Assembly: GCA_038231815.1 (NCBI GenBank)
Contig: JBBRKQ010000007.1
Location: 1,683 to 65,682 of the forward strand
Length of the DNA stretch: 64,000 nucleotides
Reading direction: 5' to 3'
Origin: Phycisphaerales bacterium
Lineage (GTDB): Bacteria > Planctomycetota > Phycisphaerae > Phycisphaerales > UBA1924
The notes under the pieces were generated by a model, which saw only the letters and a list, made by a program, of their open reading frames with translations, was not told the DNA's origin and searched no databases. The first letter of the stretch is position 1, and the number at the start of each line of letters is the position of its first letter. Shown here piece by piece: positions 1 through 8,699 of the stretch. The position numbers and the translations under genes were made by a program.

Positions 1-174
1 GGTGGTGGCGTTCAGCTCAACGCCACCACCGGCTCGACCGTGATCCGCAACCACCTTTTAAACGGCGTTTTCGCCGTCACCGGAACTGCCCTCAGCTCAA
101 ACATCATCGGCCCCGCCGCGGGCAACGGCAACCCTACCGCCAACACCAACCCCCACGCCAACTTCGTCAACTGA
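1..174 (+). CDS. 3' fragment of a parallel beta-helix repeat protein (5' end lies outside the window)
   Basis: Frame 1 is open from nt 1 to TGA at 172-174. It translates to GGGVQLNATTGSTVIRNHLLNGVFAVTGTALSSNIIGPAAGNGNPTANTNPHANFVN. This parallels the C-terminus of the next gene (..GNTAAGALGSTDPNANFSY). A strong terminator follows. Confidence 0.6.
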   Translation, partial: GGGVQLNATTGSTVIRNHLLNGVFAVTGTALSSNIIGPAAGNGNPTANTNPHANFVN

Positions 175-240
175 GTGTTTCTCCGCCCGCTCTCAGTTGA
201 GCCGGAAACCCCGTTCGCAGGCCGCAAGCACCATCCCGCA

Positions 241-275
241 CCCGCCGACATGCCCCCATGTCGGCGGGTTTTTGC
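241..275 (+). terminator. Rho-independent terminator after the partial beta-helix gene
   Basis: 12-bp perfect stem cccgccgacatg (241-252) / catgtcggcggg (257-268), loop cccc, followed by TTTTT. Confidence 0.7.
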
Positions 276-750
276 TTTGCCGATCTCGTTATTTGCTCCA
301 AACATCGCTTCCGTTACTCCAAACATCGCTTGGTTTGCTGGGAAAACAGCGATCTTTGCTCCCGCGCGCGCCGACTTGGAAGCCATATCCGCACCCGCAC
401 TGGCGACAAGGCCTGTCGGGCCAACGTGGTTCGCGGCCGCCGGGAAGCAGACGGCTGAGCCACCCACAATGCGCTGACACGAAGCGGCAGCGTGAACCGA
501 GTCGATGCCGATAGTGCCAGTGACGATGACTGCCATACCAGGCGAGAGAGCGCGACGGCGCGGTGGAAGCGGCGGATGCGGTCAGAGGTGCGATGCGGCG
601 TGCGGTGGGCGAAGTGTCCGAAGATGTTTATGCCAAGTTTTTTAGCCGCATCGGGAACAGCTGTCGCACTGCTCCTGCCGGCAACTTGATTCGCGAGAGT
701 TTACGAAGCTGCCGAATCTTGTACGACTCACTTTTTCTGAGAGACTTTCG

Positions 751-1953
751 ATGAACAAACCCATGCACTGTTTCGCTCGCATCGCGTTCTTGACGGCCTT
801 CGTTGCCTTTGCTGGTACGGCGCTCGCTGGTCCGCTTACCCCACCCGCGGGCCCGGTTGCCTCCAGCGGCAAGACGCTCACCGAAGTTGAGCCCCGCATC
901 GCGATCAACTTCGCCAACACGCCGGGCGACAATGACACATCGCCCAGCACGTTTAAGATCACCCAGCCCGGCTCGTATTACCTGACTGGCAACATTCTCG
1001 GCTTCGCGGGCAAGCACGGCATCGAGATCACGGCCAGCGGCGTCACGCTCGACCTGAATGGTTTCGAACTCATCGGCTTCCCCGCCATGGGCGACTTTGA
1101 TGCCGTCTCGACCACGGCGCCCAACCTTACCAACATTGCCGTCCGAAATGGGTCGGCTCGAAGCTGGGGCGGCCAGGGAATAAACCTGCGAAATGCCTCT
1201 AACTCTGCTGTTAACGACATCCGCGTCAGCAGCAACGCTGGCTACGGCATCTGGACCAACAACAACTGCTCAATCACCAACTGTTCAGCGTCGAGCAATG
1301 TCGGCTACGGGATCCAATCTGGCAGCAACTGCACAATCACAAATTGCACAGCCAACAACAATACCATCGATGGCATCTCGACTGGCAACGGCAGCACTAT
1401 CTCTGCGTGCTCTGCACGTGCAAACACGTCCGACGGCATCTCTGCAGGCAGCAACTGCGCAATCTCAGCATGCGCCGCGTTTGAGAACGGGACTTCGGGC
1501 ATCGCATCGGGCAATGCATCCACCATCACAGGGTGTTCGGCATCTGGCAACAGCAGCGGGATTGTGGCATCATCTGGTAGCACTATCAACAACTGCAGCG
1601 CGGCAACCAATGGCATCGATGGCATTCGTGTAGCAGGCCAGTGCTTTGTGCTCGCCAACTCGTGTACCAACAACAGCCTCAGCTCGACTGTCGGTGCCGG
1701 TATCCGCACCACCGGCATCAACAACCGCATCGAGGGCAACAATTGCACAGCAGCCGATCGGGGGATTTACGTCGACGCTGCGGGAAACATCATCATCAAA
1801 AACACGTGCCGCGGTAACACGGTGAACTGGTTCATTGTCGCAGGGAATGCCTATGGGCCCATCGTCGCCACGCCGGCCGGAGCCGCTGTCAACGGCAACA
1901 CCGCGGCGGGTGCGCTCGGATCGACCGATCCCAACGCGAACTTTTCGTATTAA
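751..1953 (+). CDS. Secreted right-handed parallel beta-helix repeat protein (PbH1/NosD-like) with a Cys ladder
   Basis: 400-aa ORF with an N-terminal signal-like segment (FLTAFVAFAGTALAGP). It has about 10 consecutive ~22-aa units of the type SNCTITNCTANNNTIDGIS. It is a paralog of the fragment at 1-174. Confidence 0.85.
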   Translation: MNKPMHCFARIAFLTAFVAFAGTALAGPLTPPAGPVASSGKTLTEVEPRIAINFANTPGDNDTSPSTFKITQPGSYYLTGNILGFAGKHGIEITASGVTLDLNGFELIGFPAMGDFDAVSTTAPNLTNIAVRNGSARSWGGQGINLRNASNSAVNDIRVSSNAGYGIWTNNNCSITNCSASSNVGYGIQSGSNCTITNCTANNNTIDGISTGNGSTISACSARANTSDGISAGSNCAISACAAFENGTSGIASGNASTITGCSASGNSSGIVASSGSTINNCSAATNGIDGIRVAGQCFVLANSCTNNSLSSTVGAGIRTTGINNRIEGNNCTAADRGIYVDAAGNIIIKNTCRGNTVNWFIVAGNAYGPIVATPAGAAVNGNTAAGALGSTDPNANFSY

Positions 1954-2533
1954 GCCCGCCGGCGAACGCAAGACCGCTCACCACCGATGAACCGATACAG
2001 GGCACGCTCCTACGGGAGTGCCCTGCTGCTTTGAGCCCGCGGCCAGTTGCACTGTGCGGCCGTGTAATGTTGAAGGAACTCCTGCATCACGATCTGCCGT
2101 GCGCAAAGCAGATCGTTGCGAAGCATCCGAACTAAGCGCGCTCCCAAAACTACTCGTTCGTCGCAAATAGTAGCTCGTTCAACGCGGCGCAATGATCTTG
2201 AGTTCGTCCGAATCTTTCTGTTTTTCGGTACACCGTACGACTTCGTTCACTCGTGGCAACACTCGGCGACGCTCGCGTCGGCCAAAGCAAACGAAGCAAA
2301 TGAACCGGATGTGGGTGAGTTGGGCAGCAGATAATCCCGGTGGTCTGAGGGGGCCGATCGACCGCAACAGGACAGGTCCTAACATTGTTTCGCTTTTTCC
2401 GAATCCCACGCCGATTGTCGCCGCTCACTTGAACCACTCGCACCCCGGCATCTCGACCCACCCCGCCAACCCCGACAACCCGCTGAACGGGCGGGCTGTC
2501 GCCGAGGCAGCGAGGCCATCTGCCAAACGGCCG

Positions 2534-3082
2534 ATGCCGCGGCTGAAGCGGTTTGGTCTCATGGCTGTTGGTGTTGCCCTCGCCTTCTTTATCTCCTCGC
2601 TGCTTCAACCCACCATGCTGCAACCTGGCACCATCGCGCCCGCATTCACCGCACCGGCTGTCTCTGCGGAGACGCCTGATGGGCAAGCCATCTCGCTCGA
2701 TTCATTCAAGGGCAAATGGCTTGCGCTGTGCTTTTATCCGGCAGACTTCACGCCCGCGTGCACCAAGCAGGCGTGCAGCCTGCGTGACAATTACGCGGAA
2801 CTTGCGGCACTGGGTGTTACGGTGCTGGGCATTTCATCAGACACCGCCGCGGAGCATCGCAAGTTTGTTGAGAAATACACGCTGCCCTACACGCTGGTGA
2901 CCGATGATGGCTCGATACGCAAGGCGTACAGCGTGCCGCGGAGTTTTCTTGGCCTGATGCCCGGCCGCGTCACCTACGTGGTTGACCCTGCCGGCATGAT
3001 TAAAGGGGCGTTTGATTCGCAGTTGAATATTGGCGGGCACATCAAGGCGATCCGACGAATGGTGACCGGCGCTGAGCAGTGA
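2534..3082 (+). CDS. bcp: Membrane-anchored peroxiredoxin (Bcp / AhpC-TSA family thiol peroxidase)
   Basis: Motif FKGKWLALCFYPADFTPACTKQACSLRD, followed by GVTVLGISSDTAAEHRKFVEKYTLPY. I chose the internal ATG at 2534 (MPRLKRFGLMAVGVALAFF, a TM/signal segment) over the ORF-track start at 2192. Confidence 0.85.
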   Translation: MPRLKRFGLMAVGVALAFFISSLLQPTMLQPGTIAPAFTAPAVSAETPDGQAISLDSFKGKWLALCFYPADFTPACTKQACSLRDNYAELAALGVTVLGISSDTAAEHRKFVEKYTLPYTLVTDDGSIRKAYSVPRSFLGLMPGRVTYVVDPAGMIKGAFDSQLNIGGHIKAIRRMVTGAEQ

Positions 3083-3148
3083 CAGCGAGGCGGGTGGCAG
3101 TTGTTTCGCAATTTCGGCCGGACAGCGTTGCTACAACTGGGCCCAACC

Positions 3149-4036
3149 ATGCCAAAGCCCGCCAAAACCGCCCAACCCGTCAAACTCGCCAAACCCGCCA
3201 AACCCGCTAGTGAGCCCGCGACAACTTCCGAAACCAAAGCCGATGTTTACGCCGACCCGCTGGTGTATGACGTTCTTCATGCAGAGGACACAGCCCGCGA
3301 TGCCCGCATCGTTGAGAGACTTACGCGGCAGTACGTGCCCGGTGCCAGCGACGGCGGATTGCGACTGTTGGAGCCGGCCAGCGGCAGCGGGCGGTATCAG
3401 ATAGCGCTTGCCCGCCGCGGGCATCACACCACGGGGATCGATCTTGATTCGGGCATGCTGGCGTTTGCACGGCAACGGGCAGAAGAGCACGAGGTGGCGC
3501 ACCTCGTCGCGCACATTACCGCAGACATGCGCACATTTGCGCCCCCGAAGCCGCGCTGCCACGCGGCGTTTAACCTGATCAACTCAATCCGGCACCTGCT
3601 CAGCGATGCGGCCATGGCCAAGCACATGGTTGCGGTGGGCAGGGCATTGGTGCCGGGGGGCGTGTACATTGTTGGTATTGAACTGATCGACCGCGACACC
3701 ACAGAGGCGACCGAGGACATCTGGACGGGTCGTCGCGGCAGCATGGCGGTGCAACAACTCATCAGCTACTTGCCACCGGATTTGCACGGCGGGCCGAAGC
3801 GCCGCGAGCAGGTTGTATCAAGCGTGACGGTGCGAAACACACGGACTGATGCGAGCCGACAGATTGACAGTGCGTACTGGCTGCGCACGTACACGCCTGT
3901 GGAATGGACATCGCTGGTGTATCGATGCGGGTGGGAAGTGATTGGCCAGCACACCAGCAGCGGAGCACCGCTGCCGGTGCGGCCGTATGGCTACAGGCTG
4001 TGCGTGCTGCGCCAGCGTGCGGGAACTAGCTATTGA
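3149..4036 (+). CDS. Class I SAM-dependent methyltransferase
   Basis: Motif I LLEPASGSGRYQIALARRGHHTTGIDLD, followed by AFNLINSIRHL. The start is uncertain: TTG at 3101 or ATG at 3149. Confidence 0.8.
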   Translation: MPKPAKTAQPVKLAKPAKPASEPATTSETKADVYADPLVYDVLHAEDTARDARIVERLTRQYVPGASDGGLRLLEPASGSGRYQIALARRGHHTTGIDLDSGMLAFARQRAEEHEVAHLVAHITADMRTFAPPKPRCHAAFNLINSIRHLLSDAAMAKHMVAVGRALVPGGVYIVGIELIDRDTTEATEDIWTGRRGSMAVQQLISYLPPDLHGGPKRREQVVSSVTVRNTRTDASRQIDSAYWLRTYTPVEWTSLVYRCGWEVIGQHTSSGAPLPVRPYGYRLCVLRQRAGTSY

Positions 4037-4039
4037 AAA

Positions 4040-4065
4040 GCCCCGGCTGTGGGGGCAACCGGGGC
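4040..4065. terminator. Hairpin between convergent genes (possible bidirectional terminator)
   Basis: Stem gccccgg (4040-4046) / ccggggc (4059-4065). It is preceded by ttgaaaa, which gives a T-run on the minus strand. The stem is short and the loop is 12 nt. Confidence 0.3.
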
Positions 4066-4180
4066 GGCTGAATTGCGTTCGTTCATCACTGACATCGGCC
4101 GGATTTATGCGCGGGTCTACCGGGTTTGGCTTGCCAGTAGTGTCGCTGGTTTGATCTGGTGGTCTGGCAGCCGCGATAAT

Positions 4181-5308
4181 TTAGCAGCCTGCGGAGAACG
4201 CGTTGATGAACACGATAAAGTCGGTGCCATCGACGATTCCGTCTGAATCGAGACCATCCGGACCGCCGCCAGCGATGTCGGCTAATGAGTCGATTGACTC
4301 ATCACCCACGGCGAAACTGTTGATGAACGCGATAAAGTCCGCTCCATCGAGGATGCCGTCAAAGCGCAGTCCGTTGGGTCCGCCGCCAGCAACGTCTGCG
4401 ATAGAGCAGCGGCGCTCATCGTTTGTGGGTTCCGTACCCTCATTGCCGATTCCGGTGCGAAGGTTTGCTAAGAATACCGCGCTATCTAAGACATGATCGT
4501 TGACGTCGCCCACCTCAAAGATCAGCACATGCTCACCCGCGGTGAGCAATGCACTGGTAGTTGTGAGGTGATGGATCACGGCGTGCAGCGCTGCGAACGC
4601 TGTGTTGTGATCAGCCGTTGTTTCGAGTCCGGCGAACGAGGCACCCACCTGCACAGGCCGGTTCAGGGCATCGTGTGTGATCTGGTCGGCCGGAGCGGTA
4701 CCGTCGAGGAACACCAGGAACGCATCGGTAAATGAACTGGTGTAAATCGGATACTCCACGGTTCCGAAGATGAAATCAAACTTAATCTGTGCATCAGCGC
4801 TGAGGGTAAAGTGCACCTCGACAGCCGCGACATCGAACGAGCCGCTGAAGTTTTCAATGTTGCCCGGTGTGTTGCCGAACGCATCGAACTCAGCGGTACT
4901 GCCGGAGTCGGGGTCGGGCGCCATCTGAGAGCTCACCACTGCCGGGGGCGAGGCGGGGTCATACGCCGGATCGAGTACTTCCGGCAGCGGGCCGAGGCTG
5001 GTGACATCGCCGCTGGAAAGCACGATGCCGTCAGAGATTGACACTGGCGCGAGGTTGAAGTTGCTGTAGGTTCCGATCTGCCCCGGCATGCCGTTGCGGA
5101 TCACGATGGAGGCGATGGCCAGGCCGGCGGGCTTGAGCGCAGCGCGCAGGGTCTGGGCATCGGTCGTCACAACTGTTGAAAGCTGCCCATATGCTGATCC
5201 GGCCATGGCCAGCATCGCCACCAGACATACCCACCGACGCTGCGACTTGACCTTGAGGCTTGATGAACCTGCAATGCAGGAGACTTTGATAGATTGTGTA
5301 CCAGACAT
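4181..5308 (-). CDS. Secreted choice-of-anchor-L-like protein with a C-terminal GC-ending dockerin-like module
   Basis: ATG at 5308 is preceded by AAAGGAG. The signal peptide is WVCLVAMLAMAGSAYGQ. The passenger domain shows GIVLSSGDV ... FDVAAVEVHFTLSADAQIKFDFIFGTVEYPIYTSSFTDAFLVFLDG. The C-terminus is CSIADVAGGGPNGLRFDGILDGADFIAFINSFAVGDESIDSLADIAGGGPDGLDSDGIVDGTDFIVFINAFSAGC-stop. Confidence 0.85.
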   Translation of the reverse strand: MSGTQSIKVSCIAGSSSLKVKSQRRWVCLVAMLAMAGSAYGQLSTVVTTDAQTLRAALKPAGLAIASIVIRNGMPGQIGTYSNFNLAPVSISDGIVLSSGDVTSLGPLPEVLDPAYDPASPPAVVSSQMAPDPDSGSTAEFDAFGNTPGNIENFSGSFDVAAVEVHFTLSADAQIKFDFIFGTVEYPIYTSSFTDAFLVFLDGTAPADQITHDALNRPVQVGASFAGLETTADHNTAFAALHAVIHHLTTTSALLTAGEHVLIFEVGDVNDHVLDSAVFLANLRTGIGNEGTEPTNDERRCSIADVAGGGPNGLRFDGILDGADFIAFINSFAVGDESIDSLADIAGGGPDGLDSDGIVDGTDFIVFINAFSAGC

Positions 5309-5473
5309 GTTGACTCCTTTGACAACGTTGATCCCAGATTTGACCGGCGACGCTGACGGCCAACTGTGAAAGCGAATGCTGGTGCCGCCCACGCCGCATA
5401 CTCGGAGCCGAGGCCCATACGGCTCCGACCACGTGGTCGCGACGGCACAGCATTCTCTCTTCACATACACATA

Positions 5474-5501
5474 GTCATATCACATAGTTTTGATTGTGCA
5501 A
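5474..5501 (-). promoter_or_regulatory. Candidate sigma70-type promoter for the 4181-5308 gene
   Basis: The minus strand reads TTGCAC - 16 nt - TATGAC inside a locally AT-rich patch, about 165 nt upstream of the ATG. This is a motif match only. Confidence 0.25.
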
Positions 5502-5882
5502 GTGGTGCCAAACCGGTAGCGGATTGGTCGAACTTGCGGTGCCGGGGAAAGCCTGCCCCGCGGCATATTTTTCCCGGCAGCAGATGGGAAAGTGCCCCGC
5601 CACGATCGTGACGCGTCGCGGTTACTGCGGTAATATCAAGGGTGTTCCGGGCCGAGTGCGGGCGCTGAAGGCTGCAGAAGATACTTTGTCTCAATTGCAG
5701 TATTTCTCGATTTTGTACTGCTGGCACCCGCGTGCTCGATGCGATGGCGCCAGAATGCACCAGCGACCGATCAAGCTGGGAGTTCCGCGCGGGTAATTGC
5801 AGTGGGCCGAGAGCACGACGATTGCACCCGCATGTCTCACACGCGGGTGCACCTCCGAAGCCTGTACTATTTTATAATCCGT

Positions 5883-6809
5883 TCAGGGCCGCGTGAAAAG
5901 CCCGCGCAGATAGGGACGTGGCGTCTCGCCAGCATCCCAGAATGGCTCGATATTTCCGCGAGGTTCAAGGCCGCATTGTGTGAGCAGCTTGGTCAGTTCG
6001 CAATCCGTCATCGGGAACGGCGGACCCTCAATGTACTTGGCCGCGACGGAGGATTCATCTTCATCTGCTGGTTGCCCAGTTGCACTGGTGGGTTCTGCCG
6101 GCGCTTTGGCTCTGCACATGACCAGTGCTACGCCGCGCGGGGCGAGCAGTCGGGCGATTCCTTTGGCCGCGATTGGCTGAAGATCAGGCTCCACGGCGTC
6201 GAGCGTGTCAATTTCGATGACCAGATCAAACCTTGAAAGGAAGCGACCGGGGGGATTCATCAAATCCGCGTGAATCAGCCGGTCGGCAATCGCCGGGTGA
6301 CGGCGCGCGGCCCATTTGATTGCTGTTGGTGAGATATCAAACCCGACCACGTCATACCCGCGGCGGAAGAGTTCGACAACATCATCACCCAGTCCGCACC
6401 CCACCACCACCGCGCGGGCTCCGGGGCGCACGATGCAGCAGGCTTCCCGGTTCAACCAACTGACCAGCTGCGGGTTGGAGCGACCCACAGTCCAAGGCAC
6501 GCGCTCGGAGTCATCCTCGGCGTTGCAGTACATTGTCTCGTACCGCACCGCGGGGGTGCAGTGGTCGATCACTGATTCGGCAAATTCGCGGGCGTATCCG
6601 AGCCGGTCGGCACCAAGGATTTGTTCGGTGAGCGGCTCGCTAAGCCTGTTTGGCATGCTCTGCATGTTTGGCTCGGCAAGCACATCGGCGTGTAGCGAAC
6701 CGTCCTGCGCTGCTGTGCCGGACGAAACACCGAGCGCATCAATTGCGTCCATTGAACTGGCGTGTAGCCGCGGCTGGTCGTCAGAGATCATGGCCGATAC
6801 TCCGCGCAA
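5883..6809 (-). CDS. Class I SAM-dependent methyltransferase (TPMT-like)
   Basis: Motif I RAVVVGCGLGDDVVELFRRGYDVVGFDISPTAI, followed by FDLVIEIDTL. Confidence 0.8.
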   Translation of the reverse strand: MRGVSAMISDDQPRLHASSMDAIDALGVSSGTAAQDGSLHADVLAEPNMQSMPNRLSEPLTEQILGADRLGYAREFAESVIDHCTPAVRYETMYCNAEDDSERVPWTVGRSNPQLVSWLNREACCIVRPGARAVVVGCGLGDDVVELFRRGYDVVGFDISPTAIKWAARRHPAIADRLIHADLMNPPGRFLSRFDLVIEIDTLDAVEPDLQPIAAKGIARLLAPRGVALVMCRAKAPAEPTSATGQPADEDESSVAAKYIEGPPFPMTDCELTKLLTQCGLEPRGNIEPFWDAGETPRPYLRGLFTRP

Positions 6810-7137
6810 CGCAAGAACAGTTCGAACCCATACACAAACGCATCGGTTCTGATCGAGCTAAGACGGCAAGACTGCGGCGGATCAGAGACGAGGCGACGAG
6901 CTGACGTGGCGGCGTTGCGTTGCCACGTCCGGGGCCGAACTCTCGCAGGTCTCCAATATTGAAGTTACCTCCAAATCCGGACTATGCAAGGCTATGCGAT
7001 AGGAAATAAGCATAAACCCTTATCGCAGGCTCCACCCTATTTTTTAACCGTGGTGGGAGAGCGGTGGACAGGCGGATGATTCAGCGTCGATTAGCCCGTC
7101 CCGGGCTTTGGATGGGGCGCTTCTTCGAATCACACGT

Positions 7138-7851
7138 TCACTCGATGATGACGGCCACGCCGTGCTCATCAAGCAGGCCCAGTTCCTGCAGCGCCTTCAT
7201 GGCGGCGAGTTGCTCGGCAGATTTTTTACTCTGGCCGGTCATGGGGGCGAAACGGCGTTCGCCCATAGCCACGCAGATTTCAAAGGTCTTGCTGTGGTCC
7301 GGGCCGGATTGTGACAGCACGACGTACGCAGGCTGGCTGAGCCCATTCTGCTGGGCGTGCTGCTGGACCAGTGACTTGTAGTTTTCCTGGTGCCCGCTGA
7401 CGTGGGCCGCGGTGATCCGTGGCAGCAGCAGCGGGGTTAGAAAGGTTTTGACCGGTTCTAGGCCACCATCGATGAAAATGGCCCCGATCACGCTCTCAAG
7501 AATCGCCGCGGCGAGGCTCACGGGCAGATGGGAACTGGTTCGCATGCCCTTGCCAAGCTCAAGGTACTGAACCAAATTGATTTGCTTGGCAATGGAGGCG
7601 CAAGACTGGCGGGAGACGACGGCGGATTTGACTTTGGTCATTTCGCCTTCGAGAAGGTCCGGATAAGTCCGGAACACGAGATCGCAGGTCAGCATGCCCA
7701 GGACCGCATCGCCCAAAAACTCCAAACGTTCATTTGAGTGGACACGGGCATCCGCCACTGAGGAGTGACGAAGGGCAAGGGCCAGCAAATCCGGAGCTCG
7801 GAAGCTGTAGCCAAGAACCATTTCTACCGCGTGCCTTGCTTCGAAGGTCAT
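7138..7851 (-). CDS. rnc: Ribonuclease III
   Basis: Signature NERLEFLGDAVLG. A C-terminal dsRBD is present (GPDHSKTFEICVAMGERRFAPMTGQSKKSAEQLAAMKAL). I chose the internal Met (MTFEARHAVEMVLGYSF) as the start. Confidence 0.9.
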   Translation of the reverse strand: MTFEARHAVEMVLGYSFRAPDLLALALRHSSVADARVHSNERLEFLGDAVLGMLTCDLVFRTYPDLLEGEMTKVKSAVVSRQSCASIAKQINLVQYLELGKGMRTSSHLPVSLAAAILESVIGAIFIDGGLEPVKTFLTPLLLPRITAAHVSGHQENYKSLVQQHAQQNGLSQPAYVVLSQSGPDHSKTFEICVAMGERRFAPMTGQSKKSAEQLAAMKALQELGLLDEHGVAVIIE

Positions 7852-8173
7852 AAGAACTACACAAGTTCGGAAGCCCGGAAGCGGCCTGTGGGCGAACCGA
7901 TCGCCCAGGGGCCGAGCCCGGAAAGTTCCGATAGGGAGCCACGGTGAGCATCGGTTTGATGCTGGTACGTACTTTCCCGACAATCCGAGGCTAGGCAGGC
8001 AAGATGTACGGCGTTGTGGGCTTTGACTGGCCCCGGCTCGGTTTGGGGGGTATCATCTCGACCCACCTTTGGCCTCCGGAGGGCGGGGCAGAGCTTGTTC
8101 TCGCACCAGCAGCCGCCGCCAATTGCCGGTATCCCCGGTTTGGCTTGATTTTGGCGGGTTTTTAGGATCGACC

Positions 8174-8326
8174 ATGCATTATCCACACCGCGTCAGCCGC
8201 ATCAAGCGTAAACGTTCCATCGGCTTCCGAGCCCGCATGAAGACCCGTCACGGACGGGCCCTCATGAACCGCAAGCGTGCGGCTGGTCGCTCGCTGAACG
8301 TTGCCGATAAGAAGCGTGGGTATTAA
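8174..8326 (+). CDS. rpmH: 50S ribosomal protein L34
   Basis: MHYPHRVSRIKRKRSIGFRARMKTRHGRALMNRKRAAGRSLNV matches the L34 pattern (..RKRxxGFRxRMxTxxGRxxxxRRRxKGR..). The ATG is at 8174. Confidence 0.9.
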   Translation: MHYPHRVSRIKRKRSIGFRARMKTRHGRALMNRKRAAGRSLNVADKKRGY

Positions 8327-8500
8327 GCCGCCTTTGGGGCATCGCTCGGGCGGATTGGACGGGATGGCCCGTGCTTCGCTCGTCGCTGGCTGATCTTCAG
8401 CGGCTGCCCCATTGTTTCGCTGCGGCGAGCAGGTTCGGCGGCAGAGTTCGTCGGTAGCGATGCCTGCTCAAAAACATCGCTGGCACATTTGTTTCTTTCA

Positions 8501-8540
8501 AAGACCGCTCCGGTGATTCGGGGCGGTCTTTTCGTGTTTG
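8501..8540 (+). terminator. Rho-independent terminator about 175 nt downstream of rpmH
   Basis: Stem aagaccgc (8501-8508) / gcggtctt (8523-8530), followed by tttcgtgtttg. Confidence 0.5.
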
Positions 8541-8699
8541 TGATGGCTTGCGGCGTGATGATGAACCGGTGATGAACTCTGGAAGCGGCGAGGTTCGTAC
8601 CAAGGGTGCCGCGGGGTGCAAAGACTCTGGGGTGCTTCGCAGATATTGCCGAGGCACGCGGTGCGCGTGTGAGGCGGCCTCCATTTTTTAGTTCGATCA

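Noticed and set aside
12-536. A 174-aa minus-strand ORF at the window start
   Set aside because: It overlaps the better-supported plus-strand beta-helix gene end and runs through a strong plus-strand terminator. It has no recognisable motifs.
2192-2533. An N-terminal 114-codon extension of the peroxiredoxin ORF
   Set aside because: The extension is Arg/Pro-rich and has no homology to peroxiredoxins. The internal Met is followed by a TM/signal segment and gives a normal domain length.
4203-4496. A set of mutually similar ORFs antisense to the GC modules. They are 4203-4496 (+), 12534-12875 (-), 27941-28231 (-), 31452-31988 (-) and 36394-36981 (-). All contain ..LLMNAIKSAPS..GPPPA..
   Set aside because: They are the mirror image of a conserved coding repeat on the other strand. 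Their similarity is fully explained by the sense-strand module. They lack starts with an RBS and have no independent support.
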